Source: Chlorokybus atmophyticus
Lineage: Eukaryota > Plantae > Mesostigma and Chlorokybus algae
Assembly: GCA_009103225.1 (NCBI GenBank)
Contig: RHPI01001737.1
Coordinates: 802,091 to 866,090, forward strand
DNA length: 64,000 nucleotides
Direction: 5' to 3'
Each line of letters starts with the position of its first letter. The first letter of the stretch is position 1. This document shows, in pieces, positions 59,026 to 64,000 of the stretch. The notes below the pieces were generated by a model, which worked only from the letters and a program-made list of their open reading frames with translations, was not told the origin of the DNA and ran no database searches. Made by a program: the position numbers and the translations under genes.

Positions 59026-60640
59026 ACTGCTATACAGCTGTCGATGTCTGTGACCCCCACCCTGCCCCCGCCAACGCCTACACCAACGTACCGCCGCAGC
59101 CGCTGCCGTCGCCGCCGCCGCCCAAACTTGGTTAGCTTCTGTGCTAACTGCGATAGACCCGTTACGCCGGGTGTTTGCCGGATATAGCGAACAGTTACGC
59201 CATGTAGCCGTTTGTCTCCGGCACACATTGCACCGTTGTGAGGTGAGTGCGTTACGACGACAAGCGATGACGCCATGCGCTGTGTAATTCGTTGCAGGTT
59301 ACCCTGTTTAACGCAACAGAGTACATAACCGGCTGACACTACCCGCCCTGTATGCCGCTGCTCAGGTGGTAATCCCGCAGTCTCATCGTGCTGATTGATG
59401 ATTTATGACAACGTTAGCTGTATGCTCACGTTGTCATAAAGATCATGGAGCAATTCACCTCATGATAGGTCAGTGTGTAATGCAGGCAAACTGAAACTGC
59501 TTCACAGCATTTTGTTGTACATATTATTTACTTCATCAGATTTTGATTGATCGTGTTATTTTATTTGCAAACATGTTTAGCATATTATATAACCCCGTGA
59601 ATGGTTGTGTATACAATAGACCATCAAAATGTGGGTGTCTATGCACTTTTCTCAGCTTGCATGTTAGAGTTGCTTTTCTCTTGCCGTTGCAGGCGAACCA
59701 TTCGTCTTTGACGCGATTTATCAGCACTTCTATGAAATGGCATAAAAATACTTTAAAGCGTCCAGCTAGTCCGGTAAAATTACACCTTGCCCGATGTTTA
59801 CGGCAAAGCCGGCTTGTTGCTTTTCACCGTGTGTATGGCGAACAAGGCCTTGTATAAACCACTCAGCCAATCTTATACCGATAATCACAAGATCAGTTGC
59901 AACAATCAACAAGCAGAGTCACAGGTGGTACAATGCTTACGCTTCGATAAGACGCTCGACTTCATCCTCTTGCTTGCCCTTTTTGGCCGAACCCGTTTTC
60001 CTGAGTAGGGAAAGCCTTGAAACCGCATCATGTGGGTGATTAAGGTATGCTATGAGTAGTTTATTACGAGTCGACTTTGTCTTTAAATCAAAACACTCTT
60101 TTAGGTAAACCTGATTATACTTTACACATGCAGAAGTTATCCACTTGTCGCATGCAACATGCAAAGCGGTGCAAACAACTCAACCATGCCATATCTTAAA
60201 GGCCTCTCGTATTCAATAGCCCTCGCGTCCTCAATACGCAATCGTACATAGATGCAATTGATGTTGGAGTAACCTGTTTTAAGCAGATGACTGCCCTACA
60301 ACCTCATGCAGAGTTTCTTATCAAGTCAATATGTTAGTTAAAGTGGTGAGACTGATGGACTGCTAACTGTGTTATTGCTATTGTGGCATCACAAATGCTT
60401 GTAATAGGAAGATTGTATGACAGATTTTGACACAATCAACGTTGGATGAGGTGAACTTGATAGTAAAGGCCGGTTTAACTTAACATGTTGTGCAGCTTTA
60501 ATGCTATAACCGCCGGTGTGTTTTGGGGTAGTGGTTGTTATTGCAATGCTTGCTTTATACGACTGCTGCTGCTGTTGCTGATGCTGCTCCTGCTGACTGT
60601 TACTGCTATAGCAGCAGCACCACCATTAGTAGCACTACTC

Positions 60641-60900
60641 CTTTGTAGTTGATTGCTGCACAGCAACTTGTGTGCGCAGCAACCAACTAGTTGCTAAATT
60701 GCTGTGTCCCAGTTGCTATTGTTACTACTTGTAGTTGATGACTACGCACAGCAACTTGTGTGCGCGGCAATTGACTGGTTGCTGTATTAAAGTTGCTGCG
60801 CTGTTACTCAATTGCTGTGTTGAAGTCGCTGCTATTTACGAATTGTGTTTGATTGCTGCGTACAGCAACTTATGCGTGCAGCAATCAACTCGTTGCTGTT
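60641..60900. repeat. Three degenerate ~55-bp direct repeats, each an internal inverted repeat
   Basis: Units at about 60641-60695, 60728-60785 and 60848-60900 share the core GTTGATTGCTGC-ACAGCAACTT-GTGTGC-GCAGCAA. Confidence 0.75.
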
Positions 60901-61292
60901 GTGCAGCTCTCCGCGCAGTAACTTGGTTACTTATTGTACATAATCGTTGCGCAGAAGTTGCTATGTGCTGCGCTGTTACTGAAGTGATGTGTTTAAGCTG
61001 CTAGTCACTATTTGTGGTTGCTATACCTTGCTTGTTGTTGTACATTGCTGCTAGCTGTACCTTGCTGTCGGCACAGCTACCAACAACACCTTGTCGTTAA
61101 CTGATGTTGCCGTTGTAGATATGGAATGGAATCCAATAGTGTACCGCTATGCACTGCAAACAAGAACACTCTAGAGTGGGAGAAAGCACAGGAGCACACT
61201 ACTCCGCGCAAATTGAAGCATTTACGTCTGCCCCCACCATTTCAGTATGCCTCATGCTGCTCCTTGTCCTGCTACTGAGATCTTGGAGTTTT

Positions 61293-61690
61293 AAGATCTT
61301 GGATTTCTCTTCATTGCCTGATCTTAAAGATCTAAGATCTTGGACCTCTCGTAACTGCAAGTTTGTAAAGGTTTAAGATCTTGAACCCTCCCTTAACTCA
61401 CGGTTATGAGAGCTCCAAGATCTTGGACCTCCCTTAGCTGCCTGCTCTTAAAGGTTTGAAATCTTAAACCTCCCTTAGCTGCATGTTCTTGGAGGAAGAT
61501 CTTGGACCTCCCTTCACTCCAAGTCAAGAGAGGTTAAAAATCTAGGACCTTCTTTAGCTGCCTACTGATAGAGGTTTTAAGATCTTGGCCTCCCTTCACT
61601 TCAAGTTAATAGAGGTTAAAAATTTAAGATTTTTCTTAGCTGCCTGCTCCTGGAGGTGTAAGAACTTCAACCTCCCTTTAAAGTTAGCTG
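61293..61690. repeat. Degenerate minisatellite, about 10 copies of a 41-42-bp unit
   Basis: AAGATCTTGGACCTCCCTTAGCTGCC-like anchors at about 61293, 61334, 61375, 61417, 61459, 61496, 61537, 61579, 61619 and 61660. Confidence 0.8.
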
Positions 61691-62649
61691 CCTGCGCTTG
61701 CACTTCTCAAGTAAACCACAGATGCTTCGCGCGTATCAACTTACGACTTTATAAACTGCAGACAATCCTTGGCAAATGTTAGCTGTAATCAGGGATTGCA
61801 ATGAAAGCCTGCAGGCACGCAGCCGAAATAAAGTGCCATTAAGAAAAAGCAAGATAAGACTGCTCCGCGTGAAACATTTGAAATTCTAAAATATTCTCTT
61901 CCGATGACAAGCACAGCAAAAAGAAAGCAGAAAGCAGTGACGATCAGCCTAGAGAGTACAAAAAGCAACACAAAGAAAATTGCAGCGTTAGCAGTGATGC
62001 AGAGAAACCCGTCATTTACTCATGTGAGTAACTAAGGGTGTGCAGCAGGTGTCTCCAAAATGAACTGCGTGTGGTGTATACAAGTCAATGACCAGCTTGT
62101 GTTGACAGATAGCGATCTGGAGTTTGCTGAACACTGAGCTAGCGCTGGTCAACTAAAACATACACATGCACCACAACATACACACAAGACGTGCATACAA
62201 GGCTTGCAAAGGGGTTTCACCCGAACCAACAACTTGTTAAATCCGCTGGCCTCTATACCAGCCAGACTACACATGTCTACTTTAGCAAGCACCGTGTGAA
62301 CTATACTCACCTGATTGCCAATATGTAAGCTTAGCTGTCTAGCTTACAGCCAAAGCTTTTTAACAAGCTAAGCCACGCCTCGTAAGGCTTGGTATACGCG
62401 GAGTTCTCGCCGTTCTCCCAAGGCGTTGGCTGCGGCAGGCTGCGCCAGCCTCATGAGCAAGTCCAGAGTCTCCTGCTTGGTCATACTCGACGTAGTGGAC
62501 TCAATATCTGCTACAAACTCATCAGACTAATCAATATCAGCTCATACTAGTAGCAGTATCTCTACGGCACATGCCTTTGTCAATTCACAAGCTGACTGGA
62601 GTGAGCGATGTGAAAGACATGCTTATGCTCACAGACCCACGCAGGCAAC

Positions 62650-64000
62650 TTAGTAGACTCCAAGTCCTCCAGTGCAGTCATAAAACTTCTTCGTCACCAA
62701 AGGCTTCGCCATATAATCAGCCAGCATCTCCTCGGTGTTGCAATACTTGAACACCACCTCCTTTCTTGCCACACGCTCGCGCACAAAGTGGTGAACCACG
62801 TCAATGTGCTTTGACCGGAGACCGGTTAAAGCAATCAGATGCTTTATAAGGTTGATTGCGCCTTGGTTGTCGCAGTTGATGCTGATACAGCTTGCAGGGT
62901 AGCCTAAGTCTACCATTAGCTTCTTCAACCACAATGCCTCCTTTACTGCCGATGAGGCAGCCATGTACTCTGCCTCTGCTGTCAAGGCAGCCACAGTAGG
63001 TTGCAGTTTACTGTTCCAATCAACAACGCCACCATTAATCCGGAACGCATAGCCAATAATTGACCTCCTCGTGTCGACGTCACCAGCGTAGTCAGCGTCA
63101 TAGTAGCCCTCAAACTCCTTGTCTCCAGCACAAGCTCCCTCGCCAAAGTGAATGCCCACGCTTGTGCTCCACATCACGTAACGCAGCAGCTCCTTTGCAG
63201 CTCTTCAATGCTTCATAGTGGGTGCTGACATGTAACATGCAAGCACTCCCACAGCATGTGCAGTGTCTGGCCTAGTGCTCACGGACATGTAAAGCATGCT
63301 CCCAACCAACTCACTGTCGAGGGAAGGGAACTTGCTCCTGTTGAGGTGCTCTGTCTCACTCACTTCCCGCTGCAGCTTGGCTCTCACGGACATGGGTATC
63401 ACCTTGCCTTTGACGTCTCCCGTTCCAAACTTCTCCACAATCCTTCGCGCCATCAATTCTTGGCTGATCTTGGCTGTCTTACTGTCCATGTCCCTCTCAA
63501 TCATCATGCTTGGAAAGCTTTGCCTCTCCCAAGTCCTCATATCAAAGGCAGACTTCAGGGATGTCTTCACCTCCTCAAAGTCCTTCAGCTTTTTCGCAGC
63601 AGCCATCCATGTCGTCGATGTAGACCAACATCCATATCTTCTTCTCCTTGTGCGTGAACACTTCAGGATCAGCTTCTGAAGGTGTGAAGCTAATCTTCTC
63701 CAACTCCTTGATGAGCCGGATGTGCCATACTCTTGGCGCTTGCTTGAGCCCGTATAATGCCTTTACAAGTTCACAAGCAGTGCGTGGTCCTCCCTCCTCA
63801 TAGCCCTTAAGTTGCTGCATGTAGATCTCCTCCTGCAACTCTCCGTAGAGGAATGTTGTCTTCACAACCAAGTGGTGTAGCTCCTAATCCTCGGCTGCCA
63901 CGAGTGCAAACATAGTGGAGAGGGCACAAGCTTACTGGCATGGCAAACACCTTATTGAAGTCGATGCCCTCTTGCTGCAAGAACCCCTTTACCATCAACC
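62650..64000 (-). mobile_element. Degenerate Ty1/copia LTR retrotransposon pol (reverse transcriptase + RNase H); continues beyond the window
   Basis: KGFLQQEGIDFNKVFA, FLYGELQEEIYM, KALYGLKQAPRVW, catalytic LVYIDD, ELVGSMLYMSVSTRPD, GYYDADYAGDVDTRRS, AEAEYMA, CDNQGAI and RSKHIDV.HHFVRE. Split over several frames by frameshifts and stops. Confidence 0.95.

Noticed and set aside
60641-61690. Repeat-spacer appearance suggesting a CRISPR array
   Set aside because: Eukaryotic context, degenerate repeats, irregular or related spacers and no cas genes.

Overview
Intron-rich eukaryotic nuclear DNA (GT-AG and some GC-AG introns, about 50-350 nt). It carries plant-type genes (ORANGE, RRP6L-type exonuclease, plant-type Ni/Co transporter-like protein) together with ciliary genes (CEP104, a CEP164-like WW/IQ protein). 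This combination points to a flagellate-stage green or early streptophyte alga (inference). Thirteen protein genes are supported: a LEA/CsbD-like repeat protein ending in a metallothionein-like tail (5' end outside the window), NOC2, ORANGE, an F-box/LRR protein, CEP104, NUP107, isobutyryl-CoA dehydrogenase (ACAD8-like), a tandem ABM monooxygenase-like protein, an RcnA/NiCoT-like His-rich membrane protein, a multi-WW/multi-IQ protein, a kinesin, a cyanobacterial-type LpxB-related glycosyltransferase with a transit peptide, and RRP6. The right end (about 59.4-64 kb) is decayed mobile DNA: a hairpin-repeat array, a ~42-bp minisatellite, ORF debris and a broken Ty1/copia RT-RNaseH. Two ~1.1-kb dinucleotide tracts and several N gaps are at least partly assembly artefacts. 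No rRNA, tRNA or CRISPR array was found. All identifications come from motif recognition by eye, without database searches, and exon boundaries were placed by frame continuity.
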